Position numbers and translations under genes: made by a program. Below the pieces are notes generated by a model. That model had not been told where the DNA came from and ran no database searches. It saw only the letters and a program-made list of their open reading frames with translations. A stretch of 60,789 nt of DNA, filler included, from Globobulimina sp. (taxonomy: Eukaryota), in NCBI GenBank assembly GCA_003354225.1. It is 12 parts of 12 records of this genome, joined end to end, with 100 filler letters (N's around TTAATTAATTAA, not from the genome) between each part and the next. Parts side by side here need not be neighbours in the genome. Positions count along the whole stretch, not along the records: positions 45,688 to 50,657 come from PIVH01000804.1; positions 50,758 to 55,723 come from PIVH01000805.1; positions 55,824 to 60,789 come from PIVH01000806.1; 9 more parts are not named here. One strand, 5' to 3'. Position 1 is the stretch's first letter, and each line of letters begins with the position of its first letter. Of the stretch, positions 48,601 to 58,800 are shown piece by piece.

Positions 48601-49812
48601 CGCCAAAATAATCACCGTAATATTCATCATCATCCTCATAATCCTCATAATACTCATCGTCACCTTCATAATCTTCATAATCTTCATAATCTCCATACTC
48701 CTCCATGGCACTATTTATATCCTGCTCCTCTTCTTCACCCCGTTCTCGGCCATCAATTTGTTCATCAAAATCCATATCATCATAGAAAATATGCTCATCA
48801 TTATCCTCAAACATAGCATTAAAATTAGCCGGCACAGCTTCAGTATTTGCTTTTTGTCGCAAGAATCGTGAGTGAGGTAAGCCCATTTTAACTTGCATGG
48901 TATGGTGGTATGGATTGTATACAACACACATTCTCATATTTGTAGAATATCCACATTTTCGAACACCACGATTTGAGGCTGTATATGTATGGAGAAGTTG
49001 TATGGGATATGTTGCATCAACGCGCAAATTCGCAACAAATATATTATGTATACAGTACAAAACACACCATATTTATGATAAGTATGCATTAATTCATCAT
49101 ATAAATCGTCATTCTGCAACAGAGAATGCAAGAAATCTTGTACCAAATCAATATTATCCCAATCATAATCATTATTGAAATACAAGGCTTTATTAATTAA
49201 TGTATTGTACTTATTGTCAGCGGATTGCTTGGCTGCAAAGACGTTAGCCATATCGCCATAAAACCATTTTAAATCATCGTGATTGTCATTGTTGAAACTG
49301 AATTTGAAGCCATCATTGTGGTTCCAATCCACACACAATTTCTTGAATATGCCAGGTATGGTTTTGGTGCATGACCGAGCTGAGCCAGATAATGGATTGG
49401 CGACTGAGTTGGCCTCATAATACTCAGACTCGTAGGCATAGGCATTATTATCGTAATATTTGCTGAAATCTAATTCATTTAAGGATTGTTGTAACTCGTC
49501 ATCTAATAACTCGTCGTATACTTCATCTTCATCTAAGAGCGATCTTTTATGTTCATTGTTAAAATCATTATATTGGTGAGAAACCATATATTCTTCATTC
49601 CAATCTGCCTGGTTTTCTAAATTAAAATTGAAAATAAAGTCATTTAGATATAATATATCGTTGTTGGATAGGACTTGTTCTGCTGATGCTATTTTTATAT
49701 AGTGGTGTTTTGAAAATGTATATATAAAATGACAGGATTATTATATTTAACTGCTTGTAAACGAATAAAACAATGCAGCAACGCATGTCAAAAGGAGTGT
49801 GAAATCATTCAT
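45688..49812 (-). CDS. Giant secreted Asp/Tyr/Glu-rich protein with repeated two-Cys modules and a Lys/Arg/His-rich block, 3'-truncated; at least 4 introns
   Basis: ATG 49812 gives signal peptide MNDFTLLLTCVAALFYSFTS(TSA) via two short introns. Intron 48979-49067 is in phase; the junction near 48260-48390 is unresolved. Long YDDE/DYEDY tracts; the frame is open to the contig end. Confidence 0.85.
47175..47253. repeat. 12-bp tandem repeat encoding (Y-D/N-D-E)n
   Basis: TATTCATCGTCA / TATTCATCGTTG units in tandem. Confidence 0.9.
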
Positions 49813-49874
49813 TGTATAGTCAGTAGTTTATTACGTTTGGGTTGATATTTTTATTGCATCGCAAGTGATGCTCT

Positions 49875-50648
49875 CTAACTGATTGTCTCGCAGCAAAGAT
49901 GGTTGAATAGATAGAGTTTTTGTAACAGGTCATCCAATTTCCTCGTTTGAACCAGATTCTTCAAATTTTCCATTGGTTCTTTTTGGCATTTCAGGACTCC
50001 ATCGAGAATATTGTCCTTGGGTGAATATAGAGAGCAATGTTTAGTCTCATTGCTGAGTGCCACTGGAACAAGTTTAGCATTCAACTCATTCATACAGAGG
50101 GAGAGTGATATAGATTTTTGATTAATCCAGAAAGGTTCAAACATAGTCACGCTATAACCCAAAACAGACAGTAAGATACCATACGTGCCAATATTTGCCC
50201 CGATATCAAAAATTTGCACATCAGACCTACTCACTCCTAATTTATCCCGTTCCTTCTCAATGGCATTGATCAAATTCCTCAGGTAATTTTCCTCATAGAT
50301 TCATGATTTGCGAAAATTGGAGCTGACAATATCACCTCTGTTTAAGATATGCATATAATATCGTATCTCTGTGATACTAGATGACGGGTTGCTAAAGCGG
50401 GCCAATATTCTATCCAACACCGCATCACCCTCTTCTGCATGGATATTGATTTGCGGGGAAGGAAATTTTCTTTCAAAAGTTTCCCGCGCGAATTTCTTGC
50501 AGTCAACCTTCCATTCAACAGTCGTGTCTGCTCGGAATACATTTCTTTGAAACTTATACAGCAGAACAAAGACTAATATCACCCCAAGCAGAAATCTCAT
50601 GGAGCTTCCTTTCAAGCGAAACTTGTGCTTTGCGTACATTTGCCACAA
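49875..50648 (-). pseudogene. FkbM-family methyltransferase with an N-terminal TM; in-frame TGA at 50301-50303 and missing C-terminus
   Basis: The two ORF-track pieces share a frame: GDIVSSNFRKS*IYEE...IFDIGANIGTY...MFEP...VALS...RKLDDLL. The expected KxDxEG motif is absent before the next gene starts. Confidence 0.7.
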
Positions 50649-50757
50649 TCGAGGAAANNNNNNNNNNNNNNNNNNNNNNNNNNNNNNNNNNNNNNNNNNN
50701 NTTAATTAATTAANNNNNNNNNNNNNNNNNNNNNNNNNNNNNNNNNNNNNNNNNNNN

Positions 50758-51297
50758 GATTTGGAGCATGCAACTGACGGATATTTTAATTGGTGTTCAT
50801 GGCTCTGGATTGGTGAATGCTATATTTATGAACGAGAGAGCCAGCGTATTGGAGATAATACCGAGCCACGGACCGGATTATATTATGAATAAAAGGTCGA
50901 AAGGTGGCTCTATTATGACCTGGATTTTTAGGCGTGTCCCTCAGAGACATGCATGGTTCCCACTGTTGGATCATGAACAGGTTCATCAGTGGCTGAGGTA
51001 ACAGGGATTAAATAATGCAATTTTTATAATGTACTATAATATTATTATAAAAATGGCGTATTATTTAATTCCTGTTTGATGTTAAGGGATTGGCAGAAAC
51101 CATTTAATGTGACATGGGAAAGAGTGCAACCAGCAATTAAATATTTGTTGGAAGTGTCGCATGATTTCTGTCCCAAAATCGTACCACAAAACTTAAAAAA
51201 CATGGATTTTGGTGTAGGCGCTAAAGACTTTCCAATTAAATCTCCATTATACAAATACAGACCGACATGTAATTCCTATCAATACCTCACAATGTGA
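50758..51297 (+). CDS. Glycosyltransferase family 61 C-terminal fragment; intron 50998-51086
   Basis: DILIGVHGSGLVNAIFM...VLEIIP is the GT61 signature. The intron joins WLR|DWQKPFNV in phase. Confidence 0.8.
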
Positions 51298-51348
51298 TTA
51301 TACGCAAAAAAAGAATGACATATACACTTTTGTAATGCCTTTCGAGTT

Positions 51349-52368
51349 TCAAAATGTTGGCACAGTCCGTCGCAAGTATTCATATGTTTGTGACCCCAAA
51401 GCCATTCCTAATCCAACTCTCAATGTTCCCCAACCAAACTTAAATCGTATTTGCAGATAATCAAATTTGTGTTGATATCCTTTAGTGTTCTTATATCCAC
51501 TCACAATCTGTTTGGATAATTGTAAGATTGTTAATGGTTTCTCATTCGGCGGTGTTGCAAATTGTATGTTTCGAATATAGTTAAACGGTGAACTTGATGT
51601 TGTTGCAACCAGTGAACACAAACCATTCCATATAAATTCCTGTTGGTAATTGTGATCATGGCGTTGATGGTCAATGTATCCAAAAGCATTCCAATGTCGC
51701 GTTGACGCATAAACACCACCAAATACAACATCTCTTGACAATGTTGCTGTCAATCCTTTAACGAAGTTCTTTGGTCCTCTGCCATACCATAGGTTTGCCA
51801 CTTCTCTCTGGAATGTGGTGTGGTACAACCAACACTGAAACCTGATCACTGACATAGGATTTAATAATGTTGACATTGCAGCTCCTTTATATTGTGACTG
51901 ATGAAAATGTATAAACATTGCAATATTATACAATTTTAACCTGCTAGCATTCCTCCAATAAGGTTTGAGAAATTACTGTTTTTAAAATATTTCCGCGTCC
52001 ATTCTAAATGACAAAAATGCATTAAACTGTCAAGAATAAAATAAAAGTTTTTTAACGTTCGATGGGAAAATACAGTGCGTGCGAAGCTGCTCTGTAAAAT
52101 AAGGTTTGACCCATTGCATGATATGGTTTCCTCCAATTATCTGGGTGGAAAAAAGTGCGGTGATGTTTCATGCCTCTGTATAGTGCGTGTGTTGCATTGT
52201 ATGCTGCTTGCATTGACTTGTTGTTTTACTTTAACTTAACAGATATAATGCTTTATCCATTGGTTGCAGAACCATAGACGTTGATAGTCCGGATAAAAGA
52301 CCACATAACACATCACGTGACGGAGAGGATATAATCCCTGGACGTTGAACTTTAGAATCTGGTGCCAT
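51349..52368 (-). CDS. Mitochondrial carrier (SLC25) family protein, multi-exon
   Basis: Start MAPDSKVQ...LCGLLSGLSTSMVLQPMDKALYL. Later repeats GGMLA|GAAMSTLLNPMSVIRF, KGLTATLSRDVVFGGVY and ATTSSSPFNYIRNIQ. Internal intron boundaries are only partly resolved. Confidence 0.8.
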
Positions 52369-52495
52369 GCAAACACTTGACCCTCTAAAGTTTGCCGAAT
52401 TTGTAAGGAAATGGAATTATAATAATTGCTCATTGAATTGTATAATGATAAAGCTGAAATTTCCAAAAATAAAATAAAAAACGTATTAAAACAAA

Positions 52496-53605
52496 TTACT
52501 TTGCACACAAACTCCAAACCTCCATTCTAGCCACAGAGCTCGTATCACCTGTTTCAAAATTCTTGACTTGAAAATTCCCAGCATTTACATATCCACTGTT
52601 TGTATACTTAATTAAAATCGGATAACATCTGTTAAACAAACTATATACGTCATCATTCACTTTCTCCTCTTCCTCTGTTGCAAATCTCACCGTATAATAA
52701 TCAAATAAGCCATTGGGTTCTGAGCAGCGGAATGCAAATGATTCACCAAAATAAAAATAATCACTATCTCTTCTTTGAATGAATAATCCAATGATTGTGT
52801 TTCTGGTTTGAATCAAAAAAAGTGCGGTGCCAACAGATCCACATTCTTCTTTTACATTGAATAGAAACTTAGATTGCGGCTCAGAATCCATAGTTACACT
52901 TTGTTTAATATTTGTATAATCATAGTTATACACCAAATTCCATGCATATAATCCTTGCAAAAATGCTTTTTTACTTTTAATACCTAACACGGTCATCAAT
53001 TTATTACAGAGTTTAAGTTTTATGACAGGATTTTTCATCACGTTCGACTCAAATAATTTCAATAAAACAACGTCAGACAATGCATCAATGGCAAAATACT
53101 TGATTTCAAAGTAAAATCTCCAAATATCGTCTTTTTTCCAATGCTGTGGTAATAATAATTCACCGGTACGTAAATATTCTAAAATATATGCAAATAAATT
53201 ACCGTTTCTATCAATGAAATAACTGCCGTCTTTACTTGGTTTCATAGCGTACATTGACGAAAATCTTGCCTGTAACATGGATTTATAACCGGTTAATGTT
53301 TTCATTGAGGTAAAATAGCGAATACCACCAACATTTAATTCTATCGGCTCAGAATATTTATTATCATCATCTTCACTGTCAATCGGAAGCGGTGGTGGCG
53401 AGCCTGGTGATTCTAATCGTTGCTTCTTTTGTGGTGGTGGACGAAGCATGTCATTGTTAGTGTTCTTATTTTTGTTGTTATTTGAATTTAAAGCTTCCTC
53501 GTCTTCTTCTGCTTCCTCTTCTCTTTGCCTTTTACGTTTTTTATCCATGTTCAATTTGTTCATAAATAAAAACTCTTCGTCATCCGACAATAAAAAAAAC
53601 TCCAT
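52496..53605 (-). CDS. KCTD-type BTB/T1 domain protein with a divergent TLDc-like C-terminus
   Basis: IELNVGGIRYFTSMKTL...YFIDRNGNLFAYILEYLRTG; then WNLVY...LFLIQT...IIGLF...ESFAF...RMEVW. Confidence 0.85.
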   Translation of the reverse strand: MEFFLLSDDEEFLFMNKLNMDKKRKRQREEEAEEDEEALNSNNNKNKNTNNDMLRPPPQKKQRLESPGSPPPLPIDSEDDDNKYSEPIELNVGGIRYFTSMKTLTGYKSMLQARFSSMYAMKPSKDGSYFIDRNGNLFAYILEYLRTGELLLPQHWKKDDIWRFYFEIKYFAIDALSDVVLLKLFESNVMKNPVIKLKLCNKLMTVLGIKSKKAFLQGLYAWNLVYNYDYTNIKQSVTMDSEPQSKFLFNVKEECGSVGTALFLIQTRNTIIGLFIQRRDSDYFYFGESFAFRCSEPNGLFDYYTVRFATEEEEKVNDDVYSLFNRCYPILIKYTNSGYVNAGNFQVKNFETGDTSSVARMEVWSLCAK

Positions 53606-54032
53606 GTTCAGAACAAAAATGCGAGAATTATTAAAATACGGTCTCTGGTTGAATTATTTAACATATAATGATTATGAATATAGCACATTTGGTGAGAATA
53701 AATGTTAAATAATGCAACTAGACAGTATTGCCAGCGGCTAACAAAACAATTAGATCACAAACAAACAATATGACTCAAAAACATTGCGATCGACAAATAT
53801 CTAAATATAAATTGATAGTTTTACAGTCAACTTTATAATCCGATGCAAATTGGATCAGTGTTTCAAACAAAATTAATGGCAGATTTGTGCAGTTTCATTG
53901 TATGTTATTTTTTCGTGTCATATGAACCTTTGGATTAATATTTCCATTCTCATCATTTGTAATCACTGCGAATGAATCTGAAAACATAAAAAAAAAAAAG
54001 TATAAAATATTACATTAATTCAGTATACATAT

Positions 54033-54653
54033 TTAACTTAGATTTATTTGATTATTTTGTGTACCGGTACCATCACTTTGATTTTTGATAAACTTCAAAT
54101 AAATATTATGGTATCGAATGATTTTAAGGCCATAAATTAAGCCAAATAACAATAATATAAACATAAACGGAGAGACCGCCGCTGTGATAAAAAAAACAAT
54201 TTTTGGAATACAATGGTTTTTATCGTGAATAACATTGGAATGACAAAAGTGAGTGTAATCCATTATGAACCAATATATTAATATGGTGCCAATTAAAGAA
54301 AATATTAAACCAATGGATTGAATTAAAGTAAATATTTGTATGGCAATCACATTTCGTTTAAATATGCCATACAATCCAATAAATAAAGAAATAAAACCAA
54401 AGAACAATGCTGTAATCAAATACCACCGAGGATACAAAATCTCAATCACAGTAGCAATTATCAATAGAATTATTTGGTAGAATAGCACCCATTTCAGTCG
54501 ATGTGAATGTATGCTGATTAACTGTGTTACACGATTCCTCGTTATCCCTCCAAATTTTGATTTTGAGAGTTCTAAATATTGTTGAGAGTCAACGTGAGGT
54601 GGAAATCCATGTTCTTCTGTTACAGTATTTGAATTGACAAGTTTAGTTTCCAT
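54033..54653 (-). CDS. Small four-TM membrane protein
   Basis: 206-aa intronless ORF with four hydrophobic segments and a two-Cys loop between TM3 and TM4. Confidence 0.75.
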   Translation of the reverse strand: METKLVNSNTVTEEHGFPPHVDSQQYLELSKSKFGGITRNRVTQLISIHSHRLKWVLFYQIILLIIATVIEILYPRWYLITALFFGFISLFIGLYGIFKRNVIAIQIFTLIQSIGLIFSLIGTILIYWFIMDYTHFCHSNVIHDKNHCIPKIVFFITAAVSPFMFILLLFGLIYGLKIIRYHNIYLKFIKNQSDGTGTQNNQINLS

Positions 54654-54696
54654 TATAATAGTTACTAGATATAAAGTTAAAAACTTTTTAGATCTA

Positions 54697-55160
54697 AGGG
54701 GGCATTAAATTGATCCCGTTTACAGCTTCCATGTTTTGAAAGGTGGTTTTTTCCTATTTTTTTTGTGAAAAAAAAATGCAAAGGTGATTTTTTTTAGATT
54801 TTTCGACAAGAACATTTATCGAAGGTGGTTTTTTCAAGGAAGAAACAATAACATCTTTATCAATAATAATACCTACAATTTTGTCAAAAATTGCGGTCTC
54901 AAATCGCATATTAAATAACAAACAAAATTACAAATTATCTGTGACGATAGCGATGATAATAGTGATGTTTGATTTTTTTGTGTTTATTTATTTAAAATGA
55001 AGGTGGTTTTTTTCTATTTTTTGTGTGATAAAATAATGCAAAGGTGGTTTTTTTTAGATTTTTCTGGGATCAGTTTTATCGAAGGTGGTTTTTTCAAAAA
55101 GTTTTTGGTATTACCAAAAATTCATAGTAAGCTGTAAACGCGATCAATTTGATGCCCCCT
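54697..55160. mobile_element. 464-bp MITE with 32-bp TIRs and TA flanks
   Basis: AGGGGGCATTAAATTGATCCCGTTTACAGCTT (54697-54728) matches 55129-55160 inverted at 30/32. TA at 54695-96 and 55161-62. Two internal direct repeats of about 100 bp. Confidence 0.92.
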
Positions 55161-55162
55161 TA

Positions 55163-55536
55163 TCGTTGTCTTTGAATTTGTGGTTATACATAAAATTATT
55201 CAGTTCGATATGCCCTGAAATGAGGCGATTCATTATCGCTGCTTCATCTCTGTTGATATTCTTTATCAGTTTATATAATTTGTTATGTAGATTTTGATTA
55301 TTTTGATACATTTGGAAGCTATCCTGGTGACGTTGAGTGTTCCTATTTAGCCAGGATTGGCTCCATCTGTAATTTATTTGATTATGTAATTGCGTGGCCG
55401 TGGTGTTATACGATATTTCATTAAATAGATCTGGGTTATATTCAGTATGCTGCGCTGCAAAGTTTGCTAATCTATCGACCTCGTCATTGAAGATGTTATT
55501 ATTATGCGATTTGATTTTGATAAATGATATATGTAT
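55163..55536 (-). pseudogene. Remnant of an RNase H-containing LINE ORF2 C-terminus
   Basis: Manual translation of a start-less frame absent from the ORF track: ISFIKIKSHNNNIFNDEVDRLANFAA...RWSQSW...AAIMNRLISGHIELNNFMY. This matches the RNase H end (H....N..AD.LA..AA) and the downstream W...W / RL..GH..LN motifs of I-group LINEs. Confidence 0.75.
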
Positions 55537-55824
55537 ACAGAACTTTCCACTGTAAACCAGACGTCCTGTTTACCTTCTAAACTTTTACATTTGCGTTTGA
55601 ACCGATGTAGTACGGTTTACACTGACATTTTGTATCTCCATTTCCCAACAAAAATAAAAATACAATTACAAGAATTGTTGAATCAACTCATGTGGTCTGG
55701 TATACCCAGGAGAAATATTTGTCNNNNNNNNNNNNNNNNNNNNNNNNNNNNNNNNNNNNNNNNNNNNTTAATTAATTAANNNNNNNNNNNNNNNNNNNNN
55801 NNNNNNNNNNNNNNNNNNNNNNNC

Positions 55825-58800
55825 CATCGTGATTGGTTACAAAGAAATCGAGCCAGAAAATTAATGGAAGATGCTGGTTTGGCTAATCATCAGGGACCTT
55901 GCGGTATTGAAGAACTTGGAAAAATACAAGCTGTGCTTTCAAACTATCAAATCAAACTATATTCTAAAGACTCAATGAATGCAAAAGTTTTTTCAGGACC
56001 TGAGACAGATTCTACAAATGTATTAAACCTTTACCATTACTTCAACCATTATTGTGTGATTACCTCAATGGCAGCATTTGTTGGTCGTGCATTTTGGTGT
56101 GAAGCATGTGAAAAGGGTTACGAGCACAAAGAGAAGCATAAATGTGAAGCAAATTGTCGATGTTGTTTGAGAAAGGACGCCCCCTGTAAGTTTGTGGAAT
56201 GGATTGAATGTAAAGATTGTTCAAGATTGTTTGTCAGTCAGGAATGTTACGAAAATCACAAAAGAGAAGATAGACAGAACGGAACTAAAAGACAGAAAAT
56301 TAAAAGTGTGTGCAAGATCATGCAAAAATGCAAACAGTGTGGGAAAACAATTTATGACAGCAAAAAACATGTTTGTGGTCAAACTTATTGCAACAACTGC
56401 AAAGATTACGCGCAGGAAAATCATTTGTGTTACATCAAGAAAGTTGTTGAATCAGACAAGGAAAAGAAGAAAGATCCAAGTTTTATTTTCTTTGATTTCG
56501 AAACAACACAAGATACAGATATTGGTGAATCAGATTATGGTAAAATATTTCAACACAAAGTCAATTGCTGTGTCTCACTGAAAACATGCAGTAAGTGCAA
56601 AAAGGATATGGAAGCGCCATGTTCGAGTTGTGGAGACAGCAAACAAAAACATCAAACTTTTTTAGGGCAAAATTGTCTTGTGGAATTTTGTGAGTATTTG
56701 TTCAGTGAAAAAAATGTTGGTTGTACAGCGATCGCGCATAATGCGAAAGGATTCGATGCACAGTTTCTCCTTAAACATATGTATGATCAAGCTGTTGTAC
56801 CTCAAGTATTGCATCGCGGATTACAAATTATTCAACTTGAATTTGAAGGAATCAGAGTTATTGACAGTCTTAATTTTCTTCCTATGGCTTTGAGTGCCAT
56901 TCCAAAAGCGTTTGGTTTACAAGTGGCGAAAGGATACTTTCCACATAAATTCAACAAACAAGAAAATTGGAATTATGAAGGAGAACTTCCAGACGCTTAT
57001 TTCTATGGACCAGGAGATATGAAACCTGAGGATCGTGACATATTTTACAAATGGCACATTAACAAAGATAGAGAAATGAAAAAGTCTGGTTTACTGTTCA
57101 AACTTCAAACAGAACTTCCCAAGTATTGCAAAATGGATGTCAAAGTTTTGGCTGAAGGTAGCATGGAATTTCGTGACTCATTCATCAAAATTTCAGGAGT
57201 CGATCCTTTGAAATCCTGTACAACTATCGCATCAGCTTGCAGTTTAGTATTCAGAAGAAATTTTGTGATTCCTGAAACAATAGGTATTGTGCCTGACAAA
57301 GGATATCGCAAACATGAAAGACAAAGTATCAAAGCAATCAAGTTTCTGAAATGGTATACTCATATCCATGATTTATCATCTCAAGGGAAGTACATTCAAC
57401 ATGCTCGCAATCAAGGCGAGTTTTCTGTTGGAAAATACAAAGTTGATGGACTTTTGTGCACACTTGAAGGAGAAAATCTGAAGAAAATTTTTGAATTCAA
57501 TGGTTGCGCATTCCATGGATGTAAGAAATGTTTCAGAGATCCTCATACAGTATTACCTTCTGGATTACAAGCAAACGAAGCATACGAACGGACTGTGCAG
57601 AGGCGCATGTATCTGGAACGTCAAGGATACGAAGTAGAAGAAATATGGGAATGTCAAGCTGATGAGATGTTAAAACAAGATCCAGAAATGCAAGATTTCT
57701 TTCGTTCTGTGGATATTCAAGAACCAATGGATCCAAGAGAAGCATTTTATGGTGGAAGGACAAATGCCACAAGATTGTATTACAAAATTATGAGAGGAGA
57801 AAAACTTTCTTATATCGATATTTGCAGTCTCTATCCATGGGTTAGCAAGTGTGGCGAATTTCCCATTGGACATCCAATTATTATCACTGATAACTTCAAA
57901 CCAGTGACAAAAGAAAGTCAGCCATACAGAGGTCTCATCAAATGTCGTGTCAAACCACCAAGAGGTCTGTTACATCCTATTTTACCATTACGATCAGGAA
58001 ACAAACTATGTTTTCCTCTATGTCGAACATGCACAGATGAGCGCAGCTCTGAAACTTGTCAACATTCTGAAGAGGAAAGAGCATTTACAGGATCATGGTG
58101 CACTCTTGAATTATACAAAGCTCTTGAATTAGGATACGAAGTTTTGGAAATATTTGAAGTGTGGCATTACAGTAAATGGGCAAAGTATGATGGAGTGGAT
58201 CCAGAAAGTGGACTATTTACCCAATACATCAACACATTTCTGAAAATCAAACAAGAAGCTTCTGGTTGGCCATCATGGGCAAAATCGGACGAAGAAAAGG
58301 AAAAATATATCAAAGATTATTACCAAGCAGAAGGTATTACTTTGGATCCTGAAAAGATTGTGTTGAACAAAGGATTGAGGCAAATAGCTAAACTTTGTCT
58401 GAACAGTTTTTGGGGAAAATTTGGTCAGAGAAACAATTTGTCAAAAACAACTTTTTTCAATGATCCAGCTCCATACTTTGACACAGTTTGTGATCCAACA
58501 AACGAAATCGCTTCGGTGAAAATTCTCAACGATAAACTTGTGTCGGTGACTTATCAAAAAGCTGAGGAATTCATTGAATCATTGCCACACACCAGTCCTG
58601 TTATCGCTGCTTACACAACAGCTCAAGCAAGATTAAAGTTGTACACCTACATTGAAAAACTGCAAGATCGAGTTTGTTATTTTGACACTGATTCTGTCAT
58701 TTATGTTACAAGACCCAGTGACACATACAAACCATCAACAGGTGATTTCTTGGGTGAAATGACAGATGAATTGAAAGAGTATGGTGATGGAAGTTACATT

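Noticed and set aside
50301-50303. In-frame TGA as evidence of a variant genetic code or selenocysteine
   Set aside because: TGA ends several intact genes here (4669, 22466, 24095), and this gene is also truncated, so pseudogenisation is simpler.
54740-55093. Regularly spaced repeats resembling a CRISPR array
   Set aside because: The repeat is only 12 nt, the 'spacers' are duplicated between triads, the array lies inside TIRs, and there are no cas genes in this eukaryotic context.
55548-55624. Weak inverted repeat TGTAAACC...GGTTTACA
   Set aside because: Only an 8-bp perfect core with no TSD; could be chance.
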